Origin: Eledone cirrhosa
Lineage: Eukaryota
Direction of reading: 5' to 3'
Length of the DNA: 64,000 nucleotides
Assembly: GCA_964016885.1 (NCBI GenBank)
Contig: OZ024741.1
Span: 87,916,001 to 87,980,000, forward strand
In this document: one piece after another, positions 37,189-50,199 of the stretch
Layout of the letters: every line of letters starts with the position of its first letter
Numbering within the stretch: the stretch's first letter is position 1
Position numbers and translations under genes: made by a program
The notes under the pieces: generated by a model
Told to the model about the DNA's origin: nothing
What the model saw: only the letters and a program-made list of their open reading frames with translations
The model's database searches: none

Positions 37189-40100
37189 ATATATATATAT
37201 CAGAATATTCTATAAGGGAAACACAGGAACAATACAGTAACACAGGAACGATACAGTACAATGATGATATATATTAGTTTAATGCTTGATATAATAGGGA
37301 ATGTTATTTCTTACACATGTGTGTGTGAAAGACAAGGGGTTAGTGAGCAGGGATGTAGATGTTAGGGAAAAATAGAGAAGCTTGGCATGGGGCCTCCACA
37401 AGGTTAACCCCTGTTTTAGCAGGGAAGATGGCCTTAAAATGCTTGTTGTGTCTATTGTATACAAAACAAAATATACATATATATACACATGCACACAATG
37501 ATATATATATAACCATGTGTGTATGTGCATATATACACATACACTTCACATGTACACGTATTCGTTTATATAAAGAGAGAGGAGAGGAAGAACATAAATG
37601 AAGGTATGAAACTGAAGAAAAAAGTAAGAGGAAAGAGAAAGAAAAAAAAAAAAATGAAACCCTCATGAGACTATATTTCTAATGAAATACTCTATTTCAA
37701 TTAATTCATGAAAAATTTTGAGGGATTTACTAAAATTATTGTTTCATGACTAAGATAGTAACATATGATTCTGAAATAAAATTACGCTGGAAGATTTAAT
37801 TTAAATAGGGACCTTTTAAAATGGGTGGCTTTGTTTCAAAGAACTAGAGCCGGGTTTTGGTTGGTTTGGTATCAAACGAGTTAAAGGAAAGTTAGAGAAT
37901 AAGGGTGGAGCAGAAAGTCCTGTATCAGATAAAAAGAAGTCCAGAGGAGTGGAATACAAGATAGACTAAGAGAATGGTAAGTGTAGTTCCTGTGTTGTAA
38001 TCATAGACTAAGTTAGCTTGTGAGTCATCAGAGTTCACACACACACACACACACACACACAGGCTTCTCCCTTGCTTCTGGTGAATGTCTGATATCACCA
38101 TGAGTATGTGGGGAGAGAGAGAGAAAGAGATTTTTCCTAACTATATACACAGTCAGTCACACTCTCTTGCTCTCTCTTAAACAACACTGCAGCAGCTCAT
38201 AGGTGCAGCAGAAAGCATCAGCTTATAATAAACTAAGCTATGGTGGTGATGGTGGTGAAGAAGCCAATGACACAAATAATGTTGGTATTGATGATGATGA
38301 TAAAATGATGACGACATGCCTGGAGGTTGAAGCTTTTGATGTTGGTGTTAATGATGGTGATGGTAGTGACTCACAAAATGTAAACAGCCAAAATAACTTC
38401 TTTTTTTTTTCAATGTAGTAAATTGTCTATACCATTTCCATTGTAGTTGACAGCAGTATAGTGGTACTGGAAATGGTGATGATGATGATTATGATAATGA
38501 TGGTGGTGGTGGTGGAGATGATGAAAATGAAGATGGGGATGAATAAGTTGAGGGGAAAGGAACACTGGAAAGACACCCACAGGAAAAAATATATAGAAAG
38601 AGAACAGAAAACCAGGTAAAAGCAAGATAACAGATTAAAAAAAAACCTGCAATTACAAAAAAAATAACAGAGAAAGAGAAATGATAAAAGATACATAAGT
38701 TGTACATTTTAACTACTAAGATGAAGTAAATCTTATGCACATTAGAAGAATTTTCTGGAAGACAAAGGTTGTTTCTAGGTGTGACTATAGGTGCATGTGT
38801 ATGTCTCAGCAATATTAATAAATGTATTTAAAAATAAGTGTGTGTGTTTGTTATACATTTTGTTATGGATAGGACTGTGTGTCAGCAATATTAATGAATG
38901 TATTTAACTCTGAACGTCCTGTACCCCAAGAAACCACATTAACAGACATTCTTGAAAAGTACAAAACAGCACTATGACTCCATCACATTAGAAATTAAAG
39001 TCTTTATTCTAATACTGCAACTTTTTATAATGATATTATAAGCCTTTATAAATAAAGATTGACCTGGAGAAAGCTTTTGACACGGTGCCCAGCTCTGCAA
39101 TCTGATGAACTCTTTAAAAACTAGGGGTAGATTAATGGCTTGTGAGTGTCATGCAGAGATGTTAGTGTTCACAATGAATACAGCAATGAATTTAGCATGC
39201 AAGCAGGGACCCGCTAAGGTTCAGTCTACTGTCCCCTTCGGTTTAATGTGGTCCTCCAGGCCATAACAGAGAAGTTTAAGACCAGTTGCCTATTGGAACT
39301 CCTACATTCTGATGACCTAGTTTTCATAAATTAATCTACGGCAGAATTAGAAAACAAATACCCGACAGAGATGCAAAACCTGGAATCAAAAGACAACAGA
39401 GCATTGATCTCATCAGGAAAACAGCCATGCTCTATATGCAGAAAATAAATTGGTAGAAATTTCATACTGTGTACTAAATGTAACCTATAGGAACACAAAA
39501 GATGTAGTGGGATATCAGGCAGGCTAACAAAGAATGTAGATTTCAAATGTGGCAGATGCACAGGAGCAGTAAGCAGTAAGTGCGCATATGAAATAAGCTC
39601 TAACAAATACTCAGATAGCTCCTCTCATCCCCTTCACTCTCTATCACCACCCTCCCAGCCAAACTAAGGACACAAGCACCTTAGTGATGAAATGTGGTAA
39701 TGCTGGTTCCACAATAAAATGTGCTTAGCCCACTTTGTAAAGTCGTAGTACTGGTGCCATGAAAAAAGGCACCCAGGTGATAGTGGTGGTGCCACGAAAA
39801 AACAAACTCGGTACATGCGGTGAAGTGGTTAGCATGAGAAAAGGTATTCAGCCATAGAAATCATGTCAGAATGGAATGTATGAGCAAGACACAGTCAAGT
39901 GACCAATCTAGCCACTGAACATGATACTTGCGCCAGTCACCAATCTGGTATTTTGTCAAGCCTGCAAAGACTAGATTTTTTTTAGAGAGATCACAGCTCC
40001 AATACTATGTGCATGTGGTTAGAATGTCTCAGGAAAGAATCACTGGACAGATTTTACGGGCAAAACCAAGACCAAGATAGTTGGATAACATCCATGAGCT

Positions 40101-41747
40101 TAGCTGGTCATGCTTGGGAATCCAGCCGGACTAGCTGAAGACAGTTGCTTCTGACAGGACCCACTGGAAGGAGTGTTTGAGTACTCTGTCCCTACGGCCC
40201 TTTCAGGAATAAGTGGGTGAAGAAGAAGCGTTTTTCATCAGAAAGGGTTAATATGATGGATGAGCAGAGAGTTTATAAGGGTCAGTTTACTTCATAAGGA
40301 CTAAACAGGAGGAGGAGTTATGGAGAGGGGTGGGATACGACATTCCAGTATTTCTTTCAGACGGGCATTCTAAAACCTTAATTAATACGAGCGGAATCTA
40401 ATTATGTCAAAGCATGTCAAATACAAATGTGGGGGAGAGAAAAGGGTAGGGTAATAAAACAATAATACAAAGAGGAAAAAATCCTTGTTGTTGCTTCTTA
40501 ATTGTCTCCATTCACATGTGTATGTTATTATATCTTCCACATACATATGCACATGTATGTATGTGTGTATATATGTGTGTGTGTGTGTGCATACACACAC
40601 AAACACATATATATATTTAAAGATACGTGTGTTACTTATATATGTGTGCTTGTGTATGGGAGGATGCGTGTGAGTGAGAGAAAGAGAACAAGAGAGGGGG
40701 TGTAAATATGGACTGGGGGGGGGGGGGGGGGAGAGAAAAGAGATGGAGCATTTTAGATGTGATTCTGTGCTAAGAGAAAGATATGAAGAGTTAACCAACT
40801 TCACTCAACAACCATCTTGCCCCCAACCCCATTCCTTAACCACACACTCCCTCTACCTTGGTCTCCCCGCCCACCCCCGCTATCTGCGTATGTGTCTGTC
40901 TGTCTGTGTCTCTCTCTCCCTCTTTCCATACACACCCACGTTTACAGCGAGTAAACATCTGTCTGCTGTTTTGTAGTGAAACATCTGCTAGCCCCATAGA
41001 TAACACTAGTCAAGACATCATAAAACAAGAAAATAACTTCACCTGCCTCACCACACCCTCATAACTCAGAGAGAACCACAAATACTGAAATTCATTGGCA
41101 GCAAAATTTAGAACGAGAGTAAAAAGATTGTTTTATTTTTCAAATTAAAAAACAAAATGAGAAAAAAAGAGAGAATTTTTTTTTTAAATCTGCCGTTTAT
41201 GAAATTTAAGAAATTTATATTTAATGAACAAAGAACAAGTTGAAGAAGAAGAGAGTGAGCCATTAGAGAAGCATCGTATGTAGGTTTTACTGTCTCTTAG
41301 ATGGGACATCCTTCTCAGATTTGAGTGCAAATCCCACCAGGAGGGTTAACTTTGCCATTCCTCTTTTCTTGCCAACTTTCACTCACCAGGGTAAGGTTTA
41401 ATAATGCAAGGATCAGTAAATGTACTGGGTACTGGAGTGTTAATGTGTGTAAACTTATACCTGCACACAAACATAACCTTTGCCCTTTAAAGCAAAACTA
41501 ACTTTGTACCTGTCTAGTCCAAAATTAACCAGAAGAAATATTTCATTTGAGAGAGGGTGTGAGTGTGTGTGTGTTAGCAAATATCCTAAAAAAAATCTTA
41601 CAATAATATTAGAAGAGTTTAGTAAGTTCAACTGCTGTGAGGAATGGAGAATCTAATATTTGAGATCCCCAATTCCCTCATCCAACCAATGCCAGCATGG
41701 AAAGATGGGCATTCTCCTCAATGTATTGACAGATGTCATTCACTCTG

Positions 41748-41982
41748 TTAACCCTTTAGCATTTACATTACTCTATATATACTATTGTATTTTTGTGGTA
41801 AAGGCTTAATTAACAATCTTACATAATTATCTCACATAATATTGAATCTACAAGATTTTGATGTTATTTATTTTAAGAACACTATCTTAACATCAGTATG
41901 AGCTGCAGGTTACGGTCAGTTTGAACAGAAAGAGGTGAGAAAATTCTGGTCGGATACAGCCGTTTAAATGTTAAAGGGTTCA
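41748..41982. mobile_element. piggyBac-like MITE family B
   Basis: TTAA-CCCTTTAGCATTTA ... TAAATGTTAAAGGG-TT; related copies at ~49028-49243 and ~34833-35025. Confidence 0.72.
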
Positions 41983-42281
41983 AGGAAACCCGCATGACCC
42001 AATTCTTACTTTCACCTTCCAATTGCCAATGTGGCAAACATGTAGCTACACCAGACCACTCCATTTCTGCCTTTCCCATCCAGGCCAAGGACACAAAGAA
42101 CACCTTAGTGTTGTAAACCTTGAAGTGTTGGTGCCACAATTAAATGCACCAAGCCCACTCTGTAAAGAGGTAGTGTTGGTGCCATGATAAAATACACCTA
42201 GTACATTATGTAAAGTGGTAATGCTAGTGCCATGATAAAATGCAAGAGGAAAGGCATTCAGAAACTATGACAGCATAGAAA

Positions 42282-42325
<44 letters not shown>

Positions 42326-42504
42326 TGGACTAGGTGTGTTTTATGGCACCAGCACTAGGGAGGTTGCCCGTCATTGCATCAACTGAAGAGCCATTTTTAC
42401 CCTATGAGGAGGGAGAGAGATAAGAAGGAAAGGTATGTCATGAGCAAGTAACAGTATGTGGGAAGGAGGATGACAAGCATGATATCATAGGTGCATGACA
42501 AATG

Positions 42505-43518
42505 TAATAATAATAATGAAATTATTGTGTAAAGTGCTCAGGTGCACTACAACTCGTCAATATAGTACATAGAATAATACACAAATGTCAGGGAATTACA
42601 TGTGTGTATGTGTTAGCTGTTCTGTTGGCGGATCTCGGGAAGCATGGAGGCCTTAAAGGATGCAGTGTCTCGACAGCTAACAACTGATGCAGGTAGTTTG
42701 TTCCATGCTTCAGCAACTCTGAGCGTGAAAAAATGTTTCCGAAAGTCATGGGAACTGTGCTATTTTCTTACTTTGTGGGCATGTCCACGTGTGTTAGACA
42801 CATGGAAATCGAAAAGGTACTCAGGGTTGTTGTTGGCAACATGGTTAACAATTTTGTGGGTGTTTACCAAGTCAGTTGCCAGGCGTCGGAGTTTCAATGA
42901 ATCCATGCCCAGGGAAGCAAGGCGCTCAGAGTATGGTAGATGCCTGATGGAGAGTATTCGCTTGGTTGCACGTCTCTGAACAGTTTCCAGGCGGTCAATG
43001 TCCTGAGCAAGATAGGGGTTCCAGACTGGTGATGCAAATTCTAAGTGTGGTCGCACCATAGCTGTATACAGCCTTAAATAGATATCTGGAGAGCGGCTGA
43101 CAAAGGTCTTGCTGAGTGATGCTAAGACACCCTCGGCCCTCTTGACAATTTTAGAGACGTGCCTCGTCCAACGCAAATCGCTGCTGACCGTAATGCCCAG
43201 GTCACGTTCACAGGAAGACTTCTTGATATTAGTGCTGTGGAGGGAGTATGTGGACGCTGGGTTTTTACTCCCAAAATGCATGGTGGTGCACTTGTCCACA
43301 GCTAGCTTGAGTTGCCAGTCTGAGATCCACTGTTGCATTGTGTCCAGGTCAGACTGCAAGCAAGATCTATAGTGTTCAGGATCTGTCCTTTTTATCTCAA
43401 GGTACAGCTTGATGTCGTCTGCGTACTTTAGTACTGTGGCATTCCTTAAGTTGGCATCTATGTCATCAATATATGCCACAAACAAAAGGGGGCCAAGAAC
43501 AGATCCCTGAGGTACACC
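42505..43518 (-). mobile_element. CR1-type LINE RT 3' fragment
   Basis: GVPQGSVLGPLLF, KYADDIKL, ERDLGI, VRPHLEFASPVWNPY and TRGH motifs; (ATT)n tail. Confidence 0.92.
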
Positions 43519-44528
43519 TTTTTAAATACTTATTCTAGCCAAAGTGATTTTCTCTCCAGCTCTTCTTCAGTCAGACCAAAAGTAAGGACTTAAAACATTA
43601 GATTATCCATTTCTTACATTAACAAAAGTTCCCAAATACTTCTATATAATCTCATTGGATTAATTGTTGCTGATATAGAATAGATTTTAATTTATAATAA
43701 AAAATTTGAAAATATAGTTGCCACAATGCAGATAACTATAAATAGATAAATAAATCAGATAAAGTACACCTGGAGAGGAAAAGTGTAGACAGAGAGGCCT
43801 GTCGGGAATCAAATTTTACACCTCTCAGATGGCTAGTGAATATGCTCAAGAACTACGCCAAAGAGACACTGGTTACTACCTCCCATCTTTTTAGAAGACT
43901 CTAACATGTAGCTAGTTCCTTAGTCTGATCTGACAATCGGCTCTTTCTTAAATGTGCTGTTTAGACATTGATCTTCTGTGAGGATCTGTTTGGATATTCT
44001 TGTGACTTACTTCCATTTTACAAGTCCTGGCATTCACAGTTTTATCCAAAGTGCATGAGCACTGGCAATTTTTTATGAGAAACAAACATAATAGAAAAGA
44101 TATACTGTTGCTTTTAATCTCTTAAATTGTAAAGAGCAAGGATTTGATCTTAGTGAGTTAGGCTGCCATTCTATATTGTCTGCAGTACAGTGGTAAGAGC
44201 TTTCACAAATACATCATTGTAATATATAAAATTGGACTTGTTCGGATTTGTGTGTGTGTGATAGAGAGGGAGTTTGTTGTGTTCAGTAAATAGAGTAGAG
44301 GTATAGTTAAAAAGAAAAGACTGTAGAACCTATACAATTATGGAGAGAAAGTGTGAGGATAGTAACATCTAATGACAGATAGAATGAGTGAACTTGGAGT
44401 GAGGGAGAAGAGAGAAAATTAGATGCATTTCCCAGAGATAGATACAATGTTACAATGTTTTATTTGACCCAATGTAAAGATCAGAGGTTATATTATGTGA
44501 CCTACCTACAGCTCAGAAGAAAATACAA

Positions 44529-44623
<95 letters not shown>

Positions 44624-44662
44624 GTGACGTTTGCATGGTATGTTATAGCTTTAATGTCATTT

Positions 44663-44694
<32 letters not shown>

Positions 44695-44860
44695 CTGTAA
44701 ATGTGCCGTAGAAAACCTGCCAGATAGTCCTATATGAGCGAGACACGGTCACCCGACCAACCTTGCCTCAAGTGGGACAACTCCCGTCTAACCCATGCTA
44801 GCATGGAAAATGGACGTTAAACAAAGATGATGATGATGATGATGATGATTATATATATAT

Positions 44861-45290
44861 ATATTTATTAAAATAACAGATTAAAGTTTAAGCAAAGAAT
44901 TGCTGCTTTCACCCTTAACGGGATCTTCTGAAGCTAAAAAAATCAATCTGTGAACACAGAAGTAAACGTGGTTTTGGCTTTGCGTGTAATTGTTCTCACC
45001 GCTCCAAATAATGACGTATTATCTTCGTTTTTTTCCGTTCTTTGCCAGGGAACGTCTCCACGAACCAAAGTATTGTCTTCCTTCGGTTGCAACGTTTTTC
45101 GAAATATTTACTTCTGCGTTCACAGATTGATTTTTTTAGTTTCAGAAGATCCCGTTAAGGGTGAAAGCAGCGATTCTTGGCTTAAACTTTAATTTGTTAT
45201 TTTAATAAATATTTGCTCTACAGTTCTTATATATATTTGATATATATTTATCCTTATCGAGCCCTCTTTAGATTTTAGTCTTCAAATTTA
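44861..45290. mobile_element. Fold-back element at a (TA)n tract: 106-bp arms 44861-44966 / 45107-45212 plus tail
   Basis: Arms are reverse-complementary; loop and tail are shared with 15474-15660. Confidence 0.78.
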
Positions 45291-45296
45291 TTATTA

Positions 45297-45384
<88 letters not shown>

Positions 45385-45481
45385 AGTGATGGTCTATTGT
45401 TAACAGGTGCACATGACCCTTTAAATAGAGTAAACACACACATATATACTTGCAATGATATACATCTATGTAGTTGTGTGA

Positions 45482-45512
<31 letters not shown>

Positions 45513-48500
45513 ATTATGTGAGAATTTTGCATATGTATCTGTATGGTAAATTAATTACTATATGCCGTAATGCTAATGAATTATATCACTAATAAACGTG
45601 CTTAGTCATAGTCCTTATAGTTAAGTTCTTACACACAATTAATTGTTTCAACAGTTATTCTTGCTATGTGTAAAAGTCTTTTTACTTGTCAAGCATGTGA
45701 AGGTTGAGCTTGTGAAAAGAGAGAACATCATCCTGATGGAAGGGTGTGAACCTCCATCAACTTCCACGATGACTGTTCCAGTTAGTTCGATCAACAGAAC
45801 TACTTCATAAAATAAGTGTGCAGGTGGCTGGGGAATTTCAGACATGTGTAACCTTAATGCAATTCTCAGGGAAATTCAGCCAGACTGTGTTTCAGCAAAG
45901 CCAGCTGTAAAATCGCACAGTATGGAAATAAGGCTATTCAGCCAATGTTTACTTTGAAAAATATATATTTTCAACAGTTCAAGCTAGTGGCAGAAAGAGA
46001 TACACAGTCTTGAGGAAGAGCAATAAACCAGAAACAACATCGTTGACAGTTTCTCTATGCCACTGCTAGAACAAACAGATGATGGCAGTCATCTAAAAAG
46101 CAGCGTAGTGAGGATGTTTGCTTGCAAATGAATCAAATATTATTATTATTATTCGATATAAAACTCATAAATACAGCTATGTAACCAGCAATGTGAAAGC
46201 AAGAAACCAAATTCTAATTGTGTTTATCTATTTATATTTATATATATATATTAGTGAAAGTAGAGGATCTACCGCAAGCTCTGTGGTTTCGTCTAGCTAC
46301 CTCTTCAGATAACTAGCTGAAACCGCTGAGCTCACGGTAGATCCTGCATTTTACCACATATCAATTACTTCTTTGATTTGTGGTCTTTCCAGTCCCAGTA
46401 CCACAGAGAGAAGGAATGGTTAGTGTTGTCAAAAATTCCAGTTCCTAGTTAAGCTTATTTAAATTCAATATCACTGATACCCATTGAGGAAGACATGTAA
46501 CTATCATCTTTTTATTCCCAGGTGATGAACTCTAGATTTTATCAGAGATATAGTCAAGAGATTAGAGCTAATAAATCATTAACAACATTCCAATATGAAG
46601 AAAATATATATACATAAGTGTGTGTGTGTGTATATATAAATATATATCATCATCATCATCGTTTAACGTCCATTTGATGATGATGATGGCGATGGCGATG
46701 GTGATGGTGGCGATGGTGATGGTGGTGATGGTGGTGATGGTGGTGATGGTGATGATGATGACTCAGGACTGCGACCTCTGGCATTATGCCATTTTTTTTT
46801 ACGGAAGACCTGTCCTCTATTGTTCTCGGAATGAGGCTTATACCTAGTAGGCAACACCTTCCTCAACCTGCTATCCCCTCTCATCCACCTCCCTTAGTGG
46901 TAACCATACCTCCCCTACTGCCCTGTCCACATCTTTTTTCCCCCAAGCCCCTCCACCCTCTCTAGTCCCCACTGTGTTGTGTCGGTGACACAACAAAAGA
47001 GCCCAGTCCACACTGTAAAGAACCCAGCCCTCACAGTAAAGTGATTGTGTAGGTGTCACGACAAAGAGTACCCAGCACACTGTAAATGTGGTTGGCGTTA
47101 AGAAGAGCATCCAATCATAGAAAACCAGCCCCAAAACACCCAGCCCACACTGTAAAGTGGACGTGTAAAAGACACAGTAAAAAACATCCAGCACACACTG
47201 TCAATGTGGTTGGCGTTAGGAAGGGCATCCAGCTGTAGAAACCCAGCCAAAAAATATTCTATATGAGCGAGACACGGTCATCTCACCCAACTTGCCTCTA
47301 ATTGGGACAAACCCATATAACCCATGCTAGTGTAGAAGATGGAGATTAATCGTCGACGACAACGATATATCTATATATATATATATATGTAAATATAGGT
47401 TATATCGAATAATAATAGTAATAATATTCAATTTGTTTGCAAACAAACGGCCTCACTATGCTATGCTTTGTTTTTGATGACTATCATCATCTGTTTGTTC
47501 AACAATAGCATCAAGAAACACCCAACATATTTCTGGGTCATTTCTCTTCATCAGGACTATATACTTCTCTGCTACACAATTGAACTGTAAAGTATACATC
47601 GGCTGATTAGCCTCATTTGAATACCGAGTGATTTTATGGCTGGCCTTGGCGAAAATTAAAAACAAAATTAGAATTTGAATTTTCGTTCTAACATACCAGA
47701 TACATAAATATAAATGGGTTATGTCGAATAATAATATTCGATTCAATCACGTGATGCATGCTGATGACAGCTGTATAAAAAGATAGAAGGCACTCAAAGT
47801 CAATGGAAACTATGAAAGGGGAAGATCGAGGAAAACTTGGGATAAAGTGGTAAAAGCTGACCTTCTCCAATATCACAAAGGAATTGACATAGGATCGAGC
47901 TCTCTGGCATTATTTTGTACTGCAGAAGACCCAGCTTCTCATGTGCACAGGACAAAACAAAAATGTAGAAGACCAATCTCCAGTTTTAATACCTCCATCC
48001 TCCACACTAGCTACATAACCCATGCTGAAATAACGTACTTGCCCCCCTCTTCTTTTTTTTTACTGTTTAATCAGGTAGGGATTGCAACATAGGGGACACT
48101 ATTTGAGGTACCATAAACAAATACCAAATTCACAATATAAACACTAGTTCTCTCTCTCTCATTTATCTCTTTAGAATCCACTCATAAAACATGCTTGCCC
48201 TTCCCTTGAAATTGTAGTAATATATATATATATATATATATATAGCACCAGTACAAACAGCGAGGTTTACATTTCCAACAAGGTGTGGCAATTATGAATG
48301 AGGTAAGTAGTTTAATAAATCCTTACAGGATATAGCATTTCTTTCTGTCTGAATACAGCTTACTAATGTTTATAATAATTATTGTACTAGAATTCTTTGT
48401 TCACATGCCACTCAAACGCTACAATCTCACACAAATGCATTATAAAATTCCCATTCAGAATTTATGGAACGCAAATTTAATTTAATTTTTTTTTTTTAAA

Positions 48501-50199
48501 TGTGCAAAAATTAAAAAATGCATTTTGTCAATAGATTTATCATCTCCCCACATCTCTCTAAATATATGTGTGTAACACTTTAAAATTTACATATACACAA
48601 TGTATTTCCTATCACAAGGTCTTTGGTTCTAACCCTACATTTATTTCTTAATAGTTATTTCTCCATCATTTGTACATATATGGCGAGCATTTTATGTAAT
48701 TATGTCCTAGAAATAAATTATCAAAATATCATTTTCATTTTTAATCAGTTCCTCAAGACAGTAAACAACATAAACTATAGGGTTTCTTTTATGCAAACCA
48801 TTAATTTATTGAAATGAAAATTTCCAATATGTATGATTAGAATGCCTTTGATCATAGATCTGCTGGATCTGAACAAACCTGTTTAATCGGAGAAAGTTCA
48901 GGGCCTATTATGAGCCTTCATTCTACAGGGCTACCAAGATAGTGGAAGAAAAGGAGGATGTTATCCTCAGACGAAATCCTGGTCCTAATCCTTGAAACAG
49001 GGTGCACCCAAAGACTAGGTGATGATATTAACAATTTAGCATTCACATTATTTTATATATACTATTATATTTTCATAGTAAAGGCTTTATCTCACATAAT
49101 TATCTCATACTATCGAATCTATGAGATTTTGAAAGTATTTGTTTTGAGAACAATACCTTAACATTAGTTTGAGCGACCAGTTACAGCCAGTTTCAATGGA
49201 AAGAGGTAGAGAATTCTGGCCGGTTTTAACACTAAAGGGTTAAACTATGCAACAGATAAAGTGCACTATCCAAAAACAGAGAATGCAAAGAGTTTGAATG
49301 AATACCAGAAGACATTTTGTCTGGTTCAATATTCTAACCATTTAACTTAATCACCACCCTCAACTGGTTCTTTATTTTATCAATAAAAGGCAAAGTTGAT
49401 GTCAGCATAGTAGGAACTCAAGAGTTCAGTGAACCAGAACAAGTAGTACATGGCATTTCATCCTCTGCTCTAATTACTTAACTCTTAACATTCTGTAATG
49501 ATCTAGCAGAAAATATCCAGAAATAGGCTTGTTAATTCAAATATTTTTACTGAAGAGGCCACTATACAAACTTGCAGTAAATTCAAGATGTTTTGTACTT
49601 TCCAAGAATATCTTGCTAACAAGGTTTCATGTGATACAGGACATTAAGAGTTAAAGTTAAAATTAGCCAAACCAAGAACAGTGCTATTACTTGGAACTAG
49701 TTATACCTGCCTTTGCTGACACATTGAATTTGACAACAGGAAACCACACACCTACAAACTTGCTATTGATTTATTTTTATTTTTGTTGCTTGATATTTCA
49801 TGTTTTTAGTTTCCTTATATCACCATCATCATTGTTTTTATTTCTGCTTATTGAAACTGGCATAACTGTGTATATATATATATATATATAATTCTCTCTG
49901 ACTGTTCTAAATAATCTTCTCCTCGCTAACTACCCCATACCCCTCCCGCCCGCCCCCACTCTCCACCATTATTATTTGGACCAATCATAAGTCAACGGCC
50001 TATGCTATCACTTCTCCTGGTTGCTTTTCGTTATGATGGATGGACTAAGGAATTTCTGGAGAGTCTGAAGAATCTGGACACTCGGAGACAATGCCAAAGA
50101 TAACGACAAATTCACCTCATGCTGCCGGACGAAAGGGCAAGGACTCCTCCTCTTTGTTTCAGCCGCGGATGGCCAACATAACCCCAACCCCACCCCCCT

